In this document: piece by piece, positions 30,490 to 44,385 of the stretch
Layout of the letters: the number at the start of each line of letters is the position of its first letter
Numbering within the stretch: position 1 is the first letter of the stretch
Source of the DNA: Eledone cirrhosa
Lineage: Eukaryota
Assembly (NCBI GenBank): GCA_964016885.1
Contig: OZ024753.1
Location: forward strand, 27,590,001 to 27,654,000
DNA: 64,000 bases
Reading direction: 5' to 3'
Translations under genes and position numbers: made by a program
Notes under the pieces: generated by a model
Told to the model about the DNA's origin: nothing
Databases searched by the model: none
What the model saw: only the letters and a program-made list of their open reading frames with translations

Positions 30490-30537
<48 letters not shown>

Positions 30538-30558
30538 GTATATATATATATAATATAT

Positions 30559-30613
<55 letters not shown>

Positions 30614-30747
30614 CATATATAATATATATATATATAATATATATATAATATATATATACATATATAATATATATATACATATATAATATATATATATATA
30701 ATATATATATAATATATATATATTTATATAATATATATATATATATA

Positions 30748-31660
30748 TGATAATAATGGAGCTGCGGCGCTGCAAATGGGTTACATATGAAAAAGTTTTT
30801 CCTCATCAGTGGCCATCCAACCGTCGTAGGCATTTCGTAGGCATTAAAGGCCATATACCTCAGGTTGGTGCGAGCAACGGCTAAAAAAAAGTCGTTGGGA
30901 CACGTAAATAAATGGGACGCTAGGGTAAACAAACAAAATGGTTTAAGCAGCAGAAAGTGATGAAGAAGAAAATAAGTCCCAGATTTCTATGAATATAAAT
31001 TCGGTGGAATTGTGAACGAGAGAATAAAGACCATCAAACCTGGTTGAAATGTGAGCAAGGAAGGAATTTCGCACAGGTCTAACGGGAGGAAGAAGGGGTA
31101 TGGTCTGCGAATTCGGTAAACATAAGTTCTGTGAAGTCGCAGACGAGAGAGAGAGAAAAAAACTCATACCGGCTTGGCCAAGTGCCCGCGAGAAAAGTAT
31201 TACGGACAGGTCAAACGGGAAGAAAGGGGAGGAGGAGAGGTAGTGACAGAGAGTGAGTGAGTGAAAGGTGAGGAAGAGGCTAACAGAGAGAGAGACTGCT
31301 AGAAAGGGTAAAGACACAAAGAACGAAACAGACTGGTGGCAGCGGAGGAAAAAATATATGTGTAAATATGATAATAATGGAGCTGCGGGGCTGCAAATAG
31401 GTTACATATGAAAAAGTTTGTCCTCATCAGTGGCCATACAACCGTCGTAGGTATTTCGTCGCATTAAAGGCCATATACCTCAGGTTGGTGCGAGCAACGG
31501 CTAAAAAAATGTCGTTGGGACACGTAAATAAAGGGGACGCTAGGGTAAACAAACAAAATAGTTTAAGCAGCAGAAAGTGATAAAGAAGGAAACAAGTCCT
31601 AGATTTCTATGAATATAAATTCGGTGGAATCGTGAACGAGAGAATAAAGACCATCAAACC
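30748..31660 (-). mobile_element. ORF-less tandem element (family I), 621-bp unit x about 1.5; strand inferred from the CUGAUGA box
   Basis: TGATAATAATGGAGCTGCGG at 30748 and 31369; contains GAAA...CUGAUGA on the minus strand. Confidence 0.7.
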
Positions 31661-32303
31661 TATACGTTTATATAATTATTTATTTATTTATTTGTACACA
31701 AGCATACACACACACATATTTATATGTGCGTGGTTGTATACCTATGGTAAGGTTTTGCGTATGCCTCTGTATGTACGTATTTGTTTGCGTGTATGTATTT
31801 ATTTATTTCTATTACTTCTGTATTGTATTTATTTACTTGTTCTTAACTCTGTAGCGGAGATTCATTTGGTCTCCTAGTTAGAATTTGAGTCTACGACTTC
31901 TGCTATACCATTTACGTGGTTTTGTCTTTGCGTGCTATTGTTCTCCACGGTCAACATATGACGTATTATCTTCGTTTTTTCGTTCATTGCCAGAGAACGT
32001 CTCTATGCACCACCTAAGAGAACATTAGTCTACAACCTCTTTTATACCATAAACCTGGTTCTGTCTTTGCGCGTAATTGTTTTTCACCGCTCCTATTAAT
32101 GACGTATTATTCGTTTTTTCCCGTTCTTTGCCAGCGAACGTTTCCACGAACCAAAGTATCGTCTTCCTGTCTTCCTCCGGTTGCAACGTTTTTTTAAATA
32201 TCCAGTTCTGCGTTTACAGATTGACTTTGTTAGTTTCAGAAGATCCCGTTAAGGGTGAAAGCAGCGATTCTTTGCTTAAACTTTAATCTGTTATTTTAAT
32301 AAA
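31661..32303 (+). mobile_element. pLTR fragment of the PLE2 family, fused directly to family I
   Basis: Matches about 12526-13168. Confidence 0.82.
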
Positions 32304-32336
32304 TATATATATATATATTATATATATTATATATAT

Positions 32337-32370
<34 letters not shown>

Positions 32371-32390
32371 ATATATTATATATATATATA

Positions 32391-33740
32391 AATTATATTT
32401 CGTTTCTGAATTTGTTTAGCAAGATTCTTTATCTGAAATCGTGTGTTGAAACCGATATTGTTATACTTTGGGAGGGTCATGTTTCCAATAAGAAACACAC
32501 GCACCAGTTGCTTTCACTTCAATTTATTATAATAAATTTATAATAAATTTATAAATTTATAAATTTCTGGTTGGTTGGTTGGTTCCACAACCAGATAGTT
32601 GTTTATATATAGTCATAGTTCTTTCGTCACACACTCTGTGACCTCTTCAGTGACTGAGGATTCCTTTCTTTGTTTCTGTGCCTCTCCTTTGTTCTGTCCT
32701 ACACCATTTTGTTTCTGTGTGTGTGTTGTGTGCTCAGTCTGCGCATGCGCCACATCCGGGTGTCTGTGTGTGTTTATGTTCATTTATTTATTTGTTTATT
32801 TACATGTTACTGGTTGGCTGTTTGTTCTATGTTTTCATTTTGTCCTTAATTGTAAGTTGTGATGTTGCTGTTCCACTCATATTTTCTATTTAATTTTGGT
32901 TTTAATTCTTTTATGTTTATTGCCTCTGTGATTTGTCTAAACATTGCGTCTTTTCTGTGTGTAGATTCTATTTTTATTTCTATGTTCTCTAATTTTCCCT
33001 TATGTTCTATTTTAGCATGTTGGTAGAGTACAGATGATTCTTTACTATCTTGAAGGTCTCGCCAGTGTTCATTTATCCGTTCCCCTACACTACGGGCTGT
33101 CTCACCTATGTACACTATATTTTTGTCTCTACATTGTCCTTCAGTACATCTTATGCTATACACTACATTTCTAGTTTTACAGTTAATATGGGGGCTTATT
33201 TTACAGGTTATACATTTCTTATCTATACATGAGGGTCTTTGAAAAGGGTATGTCTTGCTAATAAGTGTTTTTACGGAGGTACCTGGTCTTTCTACTATTT
33301 TAATATTGAGTTTATGTTTATTTAGGGCCCTTCTAAATTTGTAAGCTAATTCACCTCTAGGGGTTGTATCGATGAACATTACACTCTGGTATTTATTGCT
33401 ATCATACCATGAGTTTATTCTATTAGCCTTGTTCCTAGTTCTTTCTATTCTATTCCAAAATTTGCTCCTATACAAGGGGCAGGTCCCATTTATGTCATTA
33501 TTTACCATTTTTTCCCATTTGGTTCTGGCTCCTCTATACACTCTGATTTTATCTCTCTGATTGTAGCCAGAGAACTGCATACGGTGGATGAAGTGTTGTA
33601 TGTGTCTCTCTAGTTCTTCGGGGTTGCACATGCGGGACACATTTCTCATCACCCGTACCGAATCCGCAATCAGTATGTTGATTTTGGTATGGTCCGAAAC
33701 GGCCGAGTATCGGTGGATCAGATGTTTGGAAGTCATGGGT
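32391..33740 (-). mobile_element. 5'-truncated PLE of a different (non-Naiad) clade with pLTR
   Basis: ORF 32846-33736 plus 3' pLTR with HHR; homologue at 1-577. Confidence 0.85.
32846..33736 (-). CDS. PLE RT thumb + Cys linker + GIY-YIG endonuclease (C-terminal fragment)
   Basis: MQFSGY, CIDKKCITC..C, NVVYSIRC, VYIGETARSVGERINEH, RQITEA, LNRKYE. Confidence 0.85.
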   Translation of the reverse strand: MTSKHLIHRYSAVSDHTKINILIADSVRVMRNVSRMCNPEELERHIQHFIHRMQFSGYNQRDKIRVYRGARTKWEKMVNNDINGTCPLYRSKFWNRIERTRNKANRINSWYDSNKYQSVMFIDTTPRGELAYKFRRALNKHKLNIKIVERPGTSVKTLISKTYPFQRPSCIDKKCITCKISPHINCKTRNVVYSIRCTEGQCRDKNIVYIGETARSVGERINEHWRDLQDSKESSVLYQHAKIEHKGKLENIEIKIESTHRKDAMFRQITEAINIKELKPKLNRKYEWNSNITTYN

Positions 33741-33841
33741 TATATATATATTATATATATATATATTATATATATATATATATATATTTAAGTCGTTTTT
33801 ACTTATTGTTCCACAATGCTTCAAGCAAACTTCAATACTCT

Positions 33842-33962
<121 letters not shown>

Positions 33963-33974
33963 TAAATATATATA

Positions 33975-34005
<31 letters not shown>

Positions 34006-34067
34006 AAATATTAAAAAAATAATGAATAAAACAATGAAACAGTTCCTTATATTAAACAAAAAAAGTT

Positions 34068-34218
34068 CATTATTTAACGATCGTTTCTAGGATATATATG
34101 TGTTAGAATTGGCATGCATATTCAACAGATCTATGTACAAAATTATACAAAATTATACAAACTATCAAAATTAAATATACATACCAAACACATATATATG
34201 CCGTCTTCAGAAATAATG
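34068..34218 (-). ncRNA. Type I hammerhead ribozyme with long stem II (family J); copies 41512-41651 (-) and 42509-42648 (+)
   Basis: CAUUAUUU-CUGAAGA-C-RGCAUAUAUAUGUG...CACAUAUAUAUCCU-A-GAAACGAUCGU(U/A)^AAAUAAUG; 8-bp stem I; palindromic stem III. Confidence 0.85.
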
Positions 34219-34822
34219 AAATATATTTATTGATAATAACAACAATTCAAAATTTCAGGTCCGTTTGGGAACAGAGTTCAAATTGACCAATGAAAATACA
34301 AAAAATGTTATGCAGTTAGGTGTGTGTATATACATGTAATTAACTTCGTACACATATTTACATAAAGATATATGTTCACATGCATACGCATGCCAAAAAG
34401 ATGTATGTAAATACAAAAATTCAAGGCTAATGTCTCTGTAAGTTTATAATCCACAGATAAAATGCGTATAGACACATAAATATGAAATAAATGTATACAC
34501 ACATTCATATACTCACACATATTCGTACACTCACACACACACGCGCGTATATGCATAAACATACACATAACTACGAACATACATACACACACACACCCCC
34601 ACACACATATATATGTGCATATAGTATTATCATAAGCATATGGACATTAATGCACGCACATAAACACTGCCACACATATTTAGATCAGGATACAGAAATT
34701 AGGTGGGAGGGGGGAGAGGTCAGTATTCAACGGTTTCGGCAGACTGCCTATTTATAAATGTATCTATAAACTTAGAAATAAAAAGAAAAGAAAAAGAAAA
34801 AAGAAAAAAGAAATATATCAAG

Positions 34823-34860
<38 letters not shown>

Positions 34861-35262
34861 CACACATACACACACACACACACACATATATACATATACA
34901 TATATATATACACATATATACACACATACATATATATATATACACATATATATACACATATATACACACACATATATACACACACATATATATATACACA
35001 TATACATACACACACACATATATATACAAACAAGTAAAATATAAAGTATACATCGATATACATACATATAGACATATAAATAAATACACACGCATACACA
35101 CACATACATATACATACATATACATACACATATATATAAACACATACATACACATACATACACATACACATACCATATAAATACACATACACATACACAC
35201 ACGCATACATATAGAGACACATACATATACACATATAAATACATAGACACATACACACATAA

Positions 35263-35307
<45 letters not shown>

Positions 35308-36361
35308 TACACACATATACACATACACGCATACATATATATATATATACATATATATGTAGGAGGTGAGTTTTATTGTAGTACAATAAAGCAATGCAGA
35401 TATCGGATAAGAAGCATTCTACAGTTTGTGGGACTGGAGTATGCATAATATAAGATCAAAAGATGGTTAAAGGAGTTCAATATATTTTATTATGCGCATT
35501 TCAAAAACAAACATCATCAAACAATAATATTTGTGTTTTCATCAGATAAAACAGGAGAACATGATATGAAGGCTAAAAAAACACTTGTTGATAGTGCAGT
35601 TTTAAATCAACATATGAAAAGTGGTTTTAGATTGATGTGTGATATTGGGAAAAATATTTTATTTAGAGAGGGGGGGAGAGAAAAGGATGAAAAGGGAAGG
35701 AGATGAGAGGGAGAGATGGGTGATAGAGAGAAAGAGATAGTTTTTATAACAGAGAGGAGATATATTTTATATAGAGGGGTTGAAAACCGTTGGAAGATAC
35801 TGTATAAATTAAAAATTTTGAAAATTAACGAAGGGAGGATATGTGCGAGGAAAAAATATATTATATTTAGGGAGGGGTGGGGGTGGAAAGGATGAAAAAA
35901 AGGGGAGGAGATGAGAGTGAAGGTGGAAAGGGAGAGATGGGTGATAGAGAGAAAGAGATAGTTTTTATAACTGAGAAAAAGATATAATGTTTTAATATAG
36001 AGAGGTTGGGAACCGTTGGAAGATAATGTATAAATTAAAGGAATTTGAAAATTAACGAAGGGAAATTATGTATGGAGATAGAGAGAAAAAAATAACGAAG
36101 GGAGATTATGTATGGAGATAGAGAGAAAAAAAATAATAATTGTGGGTGAATATTCAAAAGGAGAAATGTAGGAATTTTAAAATTAGCAAAGAGAAAAAGT
36201 TTATGTATAGGATTTGAGAAAAATAATGTGAAGTTAGAGTTTTTATATTGAATTCATATGTATTAATAATGAGTTCGTTGATGGGGAGAAAAAAAAATAA
36301 TAATAAATTAAGGATGAAATTGAGATTAAAAAGATTTATGATAGAGAGAAAAAATAATAAT

Positions 36362-36547
36362 TGTTTCTACTTTTGGCACAAGGCCATCAATTATTCCAGT
36401 GCATTACTGGTACTTTATTTTATCGACCTCGTAAGGATGAAAGGCAAAGTCAACCTCGGCGGGATTTGAACTCAGATCGTAAAGGGACGTAACTATGCTG
36501 GAAAGCATGGTGTCTGACCCTCTACCGATACTGCCAATCCACCGCCC
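36362..36547 (-). mobile_element. tRNA-derived SINE, same family as 2078-2259
   Basis: High similarity to 2078-2259; about 20-bp TSD TAGAGAGAAAAAATAATAAT on both sides. Confidence 0.88.
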
Positions 36548-37230
36548 TAGAGAGAAAAAATAATAATGATTGCGGATGAATACTCAAAATGTCAAAAACA
36601 AATGTTATTGTTTTACGAGGAGATATAATGAGGGTGATGAGTAAACGGGTATTATAGAGTGTATAATGCCCTTTAAAGTAAGGTAGATGGGTATATTTTA
36701 AAGAATATATGAGTATATATTAAAAAAAATATATAATAATAAATTAAGGATGAAATTGAGATTAAAAAGATTTATGATAGAGGGAAAAAAAATATAATAA
36801 TGATTGCGGATGAATATTCAAAATGTCAAAAACAAATGTTATTGTTTTACGAGAAGATAGGATGAGGTAAATGAGTAAACGAGTACTATAGAGTGTATAA
36901 TGCCCTTTAAAGTAAGGTAGATGGGTATATTTTAAAGAGGTGTATGTATATGTGCCTTTGAGAAAAGATTCTAAATTGATAAAGAATTGAATATTAACTG
37001 TATACTTTGTGAAAAGTTCTATGGAATTTATGCAGGCAGATGGAAAACAAATCCGAGCGTCTATTTATTATGGATTCTAGGTTAGAGATAATGGTAAATT
37101 TTTCATTTAGGCAGAGATTACAGATTTTAGATAGAGAACTGTTCAAGTACGAGGATGCAGAAGAAATCTTTTTCCAAAAGATGTTATATTTAATGTTTTT
37201 GTCTTTTAAGGACCATATGAGTTCTGAGAG

Positions 37231-38363
37231 AAAGTAAAGAACAGAGAAGGAGTTCAAGGCGGTTGATTTATCGTAGGAGTGTCAATCCAGTTACAGATCA
37301 GATGCGATTTCAGATGAGGACAGCATCTGAAGATCTCAGTCTTAGAGTTAAGGCAAGCGGAAGTGTCTCTCAAGTTTAGCAAAATCCTATACTTTTCTGT
37401 GGTACACAAAGAACAATTCTTTGTGCCCCTTTGGTACTCCCTCGAATGGTCTAATATAGACCAATCAATAGAGTACGGGATATTACTATCCTTGAGACCC
37501 CATACCTTACTTAATAGGAATGTAGTTAAGATCAGCTACTCTTGTTGTCCATCCATGAAATCCAAAATCACCAGTTCAAACCGTACGAGAATAAATCCAG
37601 GATGCAGTTGCAGGAAGCCGGATGAATGCCCATTGCAGGGTAAATGTAACACAAAATCTGTCGTTTATGAGGCTAAAATAACGCCAGTTATCAACAACCA
37701 GCCAGCCAGAAGCGAGCGATATGTCGGTATGACCCAGGACAGGTTTAAAACCAGATTTTACTCACATGTCGCTTCTTTTAAACACTCAGATAAACGAACA
37801 TCAACGGCCCTCGCAAGTAAGGTATGGGATCTCAAGGATAGTAATATCCCGTACTCTATTGATTGGTCTATATTAGACCATTCGAGGGAGTACCAAAGGG
37901 GCACAAAGAATTGTTCTTTGTGTACCACAGAAAAGTATAGGATTTTGCTAAACTTGAGAGACACTTCCGCTTGCCTTAACTCTAAGACTGAGATCTTCAG
38001 ATGCTGTCCTCATCTGAAATCGCATCTGATCTGTAACTGGATTGACACTCCTACGATAAATCAACCGCCTTGAACTCCTTCTCTGTTCTTTACTTTTGCT
38101 ACGGCTTTTATTTTGCTGCTTCTACCTTCTGTACTCTTGTATTTAAAAAAAGTTTTTCTCCCTTACCTCCCCTTATATTATTACCTCCTCTTGGCCCCCC
38201 CCCATATATTCTTTTTGTTTTGCCCTTCACATACCTATGTGTATGTGTATGTATTTTTGTATGTATATATGTATATGTGTACGTATATGTTTGTGTATGT
38301 ATATATATGTGTATGTATGTATGTATATGTATATGTGTGTGTATATATGTGTATGTATATATG

Positions 38364-38441
<78 letters not shown>

Positions 38442-38460
38442 CGTGTCTGTATGTGTGAAG
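37231..38460 (+). mobile_element. 5'-truncated Naiad-like PLE fragment (PLE5) with 5' inversion; 3' boundary uncertain
   Basis: 37231-37512 is the reverse complement of about 37816-38097; 37509-38073 encodes LNRNVVKISYSC..CSCRKPDECPLQGKC..RYVGMT..CSLCTTEK..CCPH. Confidence 0.85.
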
Positions 38461-39447
38461 GAAACTTTTTTTTGCTTTTAAGAAACCTCTGGTGAATGGA
38501 TTAATTGCCTTGTATGGCTTTATTACTTTACTACTATATATACGTTTATGTAAGGTTCATTTGTCTTATCTAATACTGAGCTTTACACATACACACATGT
38601 ATATGTGTGTGTGTATGTGTATGCATGTGTGTATGTGTACGTGTATGTGTGTATATATATGTATATATATATTTATATATATATATGTGTATATATATAT
38701 ATGTATATGTATATATGTATATATGTATATGTATGTGTATGTATGTATATGTTGCGTGTGTTTTTATTTATTTTTATGTATGTGTGGGTTTGTGTGTGGG
38801 TGTGTGTGTATATATGTGTGTGTGTTTGTATTTGGTTGTGCGTTCTTTTGATATATACGTATTTGCATGTGTATAATTGTTTAGCTATGTATGTATATGT
38901 GTGTTTACGTATTTATATGTGTGAGTGCGTTTATATTTTTATATTTTTGTATGTATATATATATATATATATATATAAATATATATATATGTATATGTGT
39001 GTGTGTGTGTATATAATTACATATACATGTGTGTGTTTATATTGTATACGTGTACGTGTTTGCGTATGTATGTGTATGTACGTGTTTATGTATTTGTATA
39101 TGTATATTTATGTGTGAGAGTGTGTGTATGTGTTTACTATTTCGAACGTATGTATATGTGCTTATGTGTGTATTACTTACCACGAGTGTCTGTCCTGTTA
39201 GCTGGGGCATGTATCGTTGTCAAATATTTGTTAATATTATTTATATATTTTTTTCTTATATTTATTTGCGTGTGTTAATATGTAGTGGAGTGCATTCATG
39301 TATGTGTATGTATGTACGTTGTATGTTTGTGTGAATGTATGTATATGTGTGTGTATATATATGTGTGTGTGTATGTGTAGGCTTGTACACACACATGTGT
39401 GTGTGTGTGTGTGTGTGTGTATGTATATGTGTATATATGTGTATATG

Positions 39448-39487
<40 letters not shown>

Positions 39488-39523
39488 GATATGTACATGT
39501 GTATATATATGTGTGTGTGTATG

Positions 39524-39571
<48 letters not shown>

Positions 39572-39629
39572 AATATATGTATGTGTATGTGTGTGTATGT
39601 ATGCGTATATGGGTGTAGGTGTACGCTCT

Positions 39630-39663
<34 letters not shown>

Positions 39664-39865
39664 ATGTGTATATGTGTATGCGTGCAAATTATATGTGTAT
39701 ATATGTGTGTGTGTGTAAGTATGCTTTTGTGTTTTTTGTGTGTGTTTGCATGTGTAGTTTTATTTTATTTTATTTTTCCTTTCCTTCTCCCTTTTCCAGC
39801 CTCACTTTCATATAGATTGCATTTTTGTTTTTAGAATCCATATTCAATAAACAAACCAGGATTTT

Positions 39866-39921
39866 TCATTCTGAGGATTGAAAGCAAAACCTTTTGCTTT
39901 TAAGAAACCACTGGTAAATGG
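39866..39921 (+). ncRNA. Type I hammerhead ribozyme (family K); diverged 3' half repeated at about 38470-38520
   Basis: CAUU-CUGAGGA-UUGAAAGCAAAA-CC-UUUUGCUUUUAA-GAAACCACUGGUA^AAUG. Confidence 0.8.
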
Positions 39922-39956
39922 AATAATTGCCTTATGTTGTTTATTACATAATAATA

Positions 39957-39987
<31 letters not shown>

Positions 39988-40111
39988 CACATACACATAC
40001 ATACATATATACACACATACATATATACTCACACACACACACACCTACACATACATACACATACACATATATAAAGATATATATACACACACACACACAC
40101 ACATATAATAA

Positions 40112-40152
<41 letters not shown>

Positions 40153-40456
40153 CATACATATATACATACATACATATATATACATACATATATACACACA
40201 CATATACATACACACATACACACATACATACATACACACACACATACATACACACACATACATACTCATACAAAGACATAGATATATACTCACACACACA
40301 TACGCACTTACATATACGCATATATACAAATACATACACATCCATATATGCGTATATACATAGAAACACCACTACACGCTCACACAACTCAGACATACAA
40401 AGAAAAAGGTATATACATACACATATATACACATATAAATAGAGATACATATACAC

Positions 40457-40489
<33 letters not shown>

Positions 40490-40570
40490 CACACACACAC
40501 GTACACACATAAACACACATACAAACACATACATACACACATACATACCTATATATACACACACACAAAG

Positions 40571-40633
<63 letters not shown>

Positions 40634-40913
40634 CATACATATACACACACACATATATACACATGCACACACATACATACATACATACATACACATACAC
40701 ATACATATATATAAAAAAATAAATAAATAAGATAAATAAAAAATAAATAAATTAATACACACAGTCAGACAAATATGCACACACATACATATACACATAT
40801 GTATATATATATATATACACACACACACATACACACACACACATACATATATATATACACACATACATACACACACACATATATATACATACATATACAC
40901 AGATCAACTACAA

Positions 40914-40961
<48 letters not shown>

Positions 40962-41011
40962 TATACATATTTTCACATATATATATATACATATATTATA
41001 TTATAATAATA

Positions 41012-41046
<35 letters not shown>

Positions 41047-41219
41047 TACATATATATACACACACACTCACATATATATGCGCACATACGTACACATATA
41101 CACATACACACATATACACATAGACATATACATGTGCATACATGTACATACACACATATACCCACATAGATACAAAGATACACATATATATAGAGAGACA
41201 TACATATACACACATATAT

Positions 41220-41309
<90 letters not shown>

Positions 41310-41317
41310 TATATATG

Positions 41318-42442
41318 TAGAAAAATCTACCAAAAGTTTACGGTAGTGTCCAATCCGTATGAAGAACTCAATGTAATCCGGATATCATGAAAAGAGAAGA
41401 TGCATTCAAAAACTACTTTCAGTGAAAAATAAACGGAAAACAGAGTCAAGATAAATTATTAGAAAAATAATGAATAAACAAAGAAACAGTTCCTTATATT
41501 AAAAAAAATTTCATTATTTTACGATCGTTTCTAGGATATATATGTGTTAGAGTTGGTATGCATATTCTATAGATCTATGTACAATATTTATACAAACTAT
41601 CAGAGGGAATATACATACCTACACATATATATGCTGTCTTCAGAAATAATGATACTTGTTTATTGCTAAGAACAAAGATTCAATACAGTAGGTCTGTTTG
41701 GGAACAGGTTTTGAATTGACCAATCAGGAGATAGTGAGGGTCAAGATAGTGATATAGAATTAGTAGAACCTTAAATTATGGATAGAGGAAGGTAGAATTC
41801 AGTTTTGGATGGAAAATAGTATTATGAATGAAGGATTATTTTAGGGAAGAAGTAGGTCATATGTTGACCTCAGAAATAATTTTATTTGTTCATTGAATAA
41901 AACCAAACAAAGATCCAATATAATAATGGATTACTTTAGGGAAGAAGTAGGTCATATGTTGACCTCAGAAATAATTTTATTTGTTCATTGAATAAAACCA
42001 ACAAAGATCAAATATATTCTGTCTGTTTGGTAAGGGGTTTAGACTTAACCAATAGAAAGTTAATAATTGGCCAAATGGAAAAATAGTAGTAATTGAAACT
42101 TATTTTAGGGGTGAAACTAGGTCAGGTGGTCAGTAGAAGGTATACAAGCAGTTGCTCTTATAAAATAGTAGTGCCAATACAAATATCTAAGGTGACCAGA
42201 GTTTTAAGATAAGGATGTTAGTGAAAAAAATACATCTATGAAAAGGATAAATAAATTAATTAAATTGATGGGTATATTTATATTGATAAAATTATACTAA
42301 TACATATAGATATGATAAATAAGAGTTAGATGCAGTTGAAAAGTGCTGTTAAGGATGAGGGGAGATTAAAATAAAATAAAAATGATATATATATATATAC
42401 ATATATATACCTACATATATATACATACATACACACAAACAT

Positions 42443-42475
<33 letters not shown>

Positions 42476-42705
42476 ATTGAATCTTTGTTCTTATCAATAA
42501 ACAAGTATCATTATTTCTGAAGACAGCATATATATGTGTAGGTATGTATATTCCCTCTGATAGTTTGTATAAATATTGTACATAGATCTATAGAATATGC
42601 ATACCAACTCTAACACGTATATATCCTAGAAACGATCGTAAAATAATGAAATTTTTTTTAATATAAGGAACTGTTTCTTTGTTTATTTATTATTTTTTTT
42701 ATAAT
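41318..42705 (-). mobile_element. pLTR-derived element of family J (PLE4-related) with inverted end
   Basis: 41460-41720 resembles 34015-34290; 42476-42705 is the reverse complement of about 41455-41683. Confidence 0.75.
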
Positions 42706-42728
42706 TTATATATTATATATATATATAT

Positions 42729-44228
42729 ATTCCAGGGGACCGGTGAGTATAAAACATTTATGCTTTCATTATTTTTATATCTGTATATCTGTTTGACCCG
42801 AAATAGGAGATCGAATCTTCGCTGTGTGGATAATTAGTTTAACCACCATCTCATTGTGTTTGGCCTTTAACGTAAGTTGTAAGCTCTAATTCTTTTGAAT
42901 TATTGAGCGCTCGCCTCACAATTCGAAAGTGTTTTTTCGTTATTTCATAGGCTGAAATTGGATTAGCGCTAATTTTTACTTGTATTAATCTCCAGAGTCT
43001 AGCTATTGGCCAGTTAATTTTATTGACTGGTTTTGGTCTATTCTATTGACTGCCGAATAGCTTTGTTATATATAACCACTCTTTCGAGAGCTTCATTCGA
43101 TTTATGAAATTTTGCATTTTCGCAATATTATACACAGATGAATTCATTCGCCAAATTTAGGTGTTGCCTCCCTTGCTGAACCCCACGTGGGTTCAGTTAC
43201 AGACACATCTATGTGGTCTTTAGAACTGAATCCCGTTGATAACGCGCACTCTTAGTTCAGTCAGGATACGAGAAACTTAACATCCTTTATGTAAGTGGAC
43301 AGTAAATGACTTACGGAGCCGCAGAAACCCCAACACTGGACTTTAACATCATTCCAGGGGTCCGGTGAGTATAAAACATTTATGCTTTCATATATTTTTA
43401 TATCTGTATATCTGTTTGACCCGAAATAGGAGATCGAATCTTCGCTGTGTGGATAATTAGTTTAACCACCATCTCAGTGTGTTTGGCCTTTAACGTAAGT
43501 TGTAATCTCTAATTCTTTTTAATTAGTCAGCGCTTGCCTCACAATTCGAAAGTGTTTTTTCGTTATTTCATAGGCTGAAATTCGATTCTCGCTAATTTTT
43601 ACTTGTATTAATCTCCAGAGTCTAGCTATTGGCCAGTTAATTTTATTGACTGGTTTTGGTCTATTCTATTGACTGCCGAATAGCTATGTTATATTTAACC
43701 ACTCTGTCGAGAGCTTCATTCGATTTGTGAAATTTTGCATTTTCGCAATATTATACACAGATGAATTCATTCGCCTAATTTAGGTGTTGCCTCCCTTGCT
43801 GAACCCCACGTGGGGTCAGTTACAGACACATCTATGTGGTCTTTAGAACTGAATCCCGTTGATAACGAGCATTCCTAGTTCAGTCAGGATACGAGAAACT
43901 TAACATCCTTTATGTAAGTGGACAGTAAATGACCTACGGAGCCGCAGAAACCCCAACACTGGACTTTAACATCATTCCAGGGGTCCGGTGAGTATAAAAC
44001 ATTTATGCTTTCATATATTTTTATATCTGTATATCTGTTTGACCCGAAATAGGAGATCGAATCTTCGCTGTGTGGATAATTAGTTTAACCACCATCTCAT
44101 TGTGTTTGGCCTTTAACGTAAGTTGTAAGCTCTAATTCTTTTGAATTATTGAGTGCTTGCCTCACAATTCAAAAGTGCTTTTTTGTTATTTCATAGGCTG
44201 AAATTCGATTCTCGCTAATTTTTACTTA
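42729..44228 (+). mobile_element. ORF-less HHR tandem element (retrozyme-like, family L), 622-623-bp unit x about 2.4; distant homologue of family G
   Basis: ATTCCAGGGG at 42729, 43351 and 43974; shares AGCTATTGRCCAGTTAATTTTATTG and CTCCCTTGCTGAA with family G. Confidence 0.88.
43231..43368 (+). ncRNA. Type I hammerhead variant with UUGAUAA core (U3-A8) (family L); copy at 43854-43991
   Basis: CCG-UUGAUAA-C-GCG...CGC-A-GAAACCCC..CUGGA..UCCA-GGGGUC^CGG. Confidence 0.78.
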
Positions 44229-44317
44229 TATATATATATATATATTATATATATATATATTATATATATATATATATATTATATATATATATATTATATA
44301 TATATATATATTATATA

Positions 44318-44380
44318 TTCTTTTACTTTTCTTTTACCTGTTTCAGCCATCCGGCTGAGGCCATGCTGGGGCACCGCCCT
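44318..44380 (-). mobile_element. Isolated 3' tail of the LINE family at 61263-63560 (or of a SINE sharing that tail)
   Basis: CTTTTACCTGTTTCAGCCATCCGGCTGAGGCCATGCTGGGGCACCGCCCT matches 61284-61332. Confidence 0.8.
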
Positions 44381-44385
44381 ATATA

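Larger units (their letters stand above)
34006..37230 (-). mobile_element. 3' portion of a Naiad-like PLE (PLE4): GIY-YIG tail, long low-complexity 3' region and pLTR with HHR
   Basis: 36994-37230 encodes SELIWSLKD..CNLCLNEK..INRRSD..CLH; HHR at 34068-34218; continuity across the (CA/TA)n tract is inferred. Confidence 0.7.

Noticed and set aside
37363-37508. N-terminus of the 236-aa ORF as real protein sequence
   Set aside because: It is antisense sequence from the 5' inversion, read in frame by chance.
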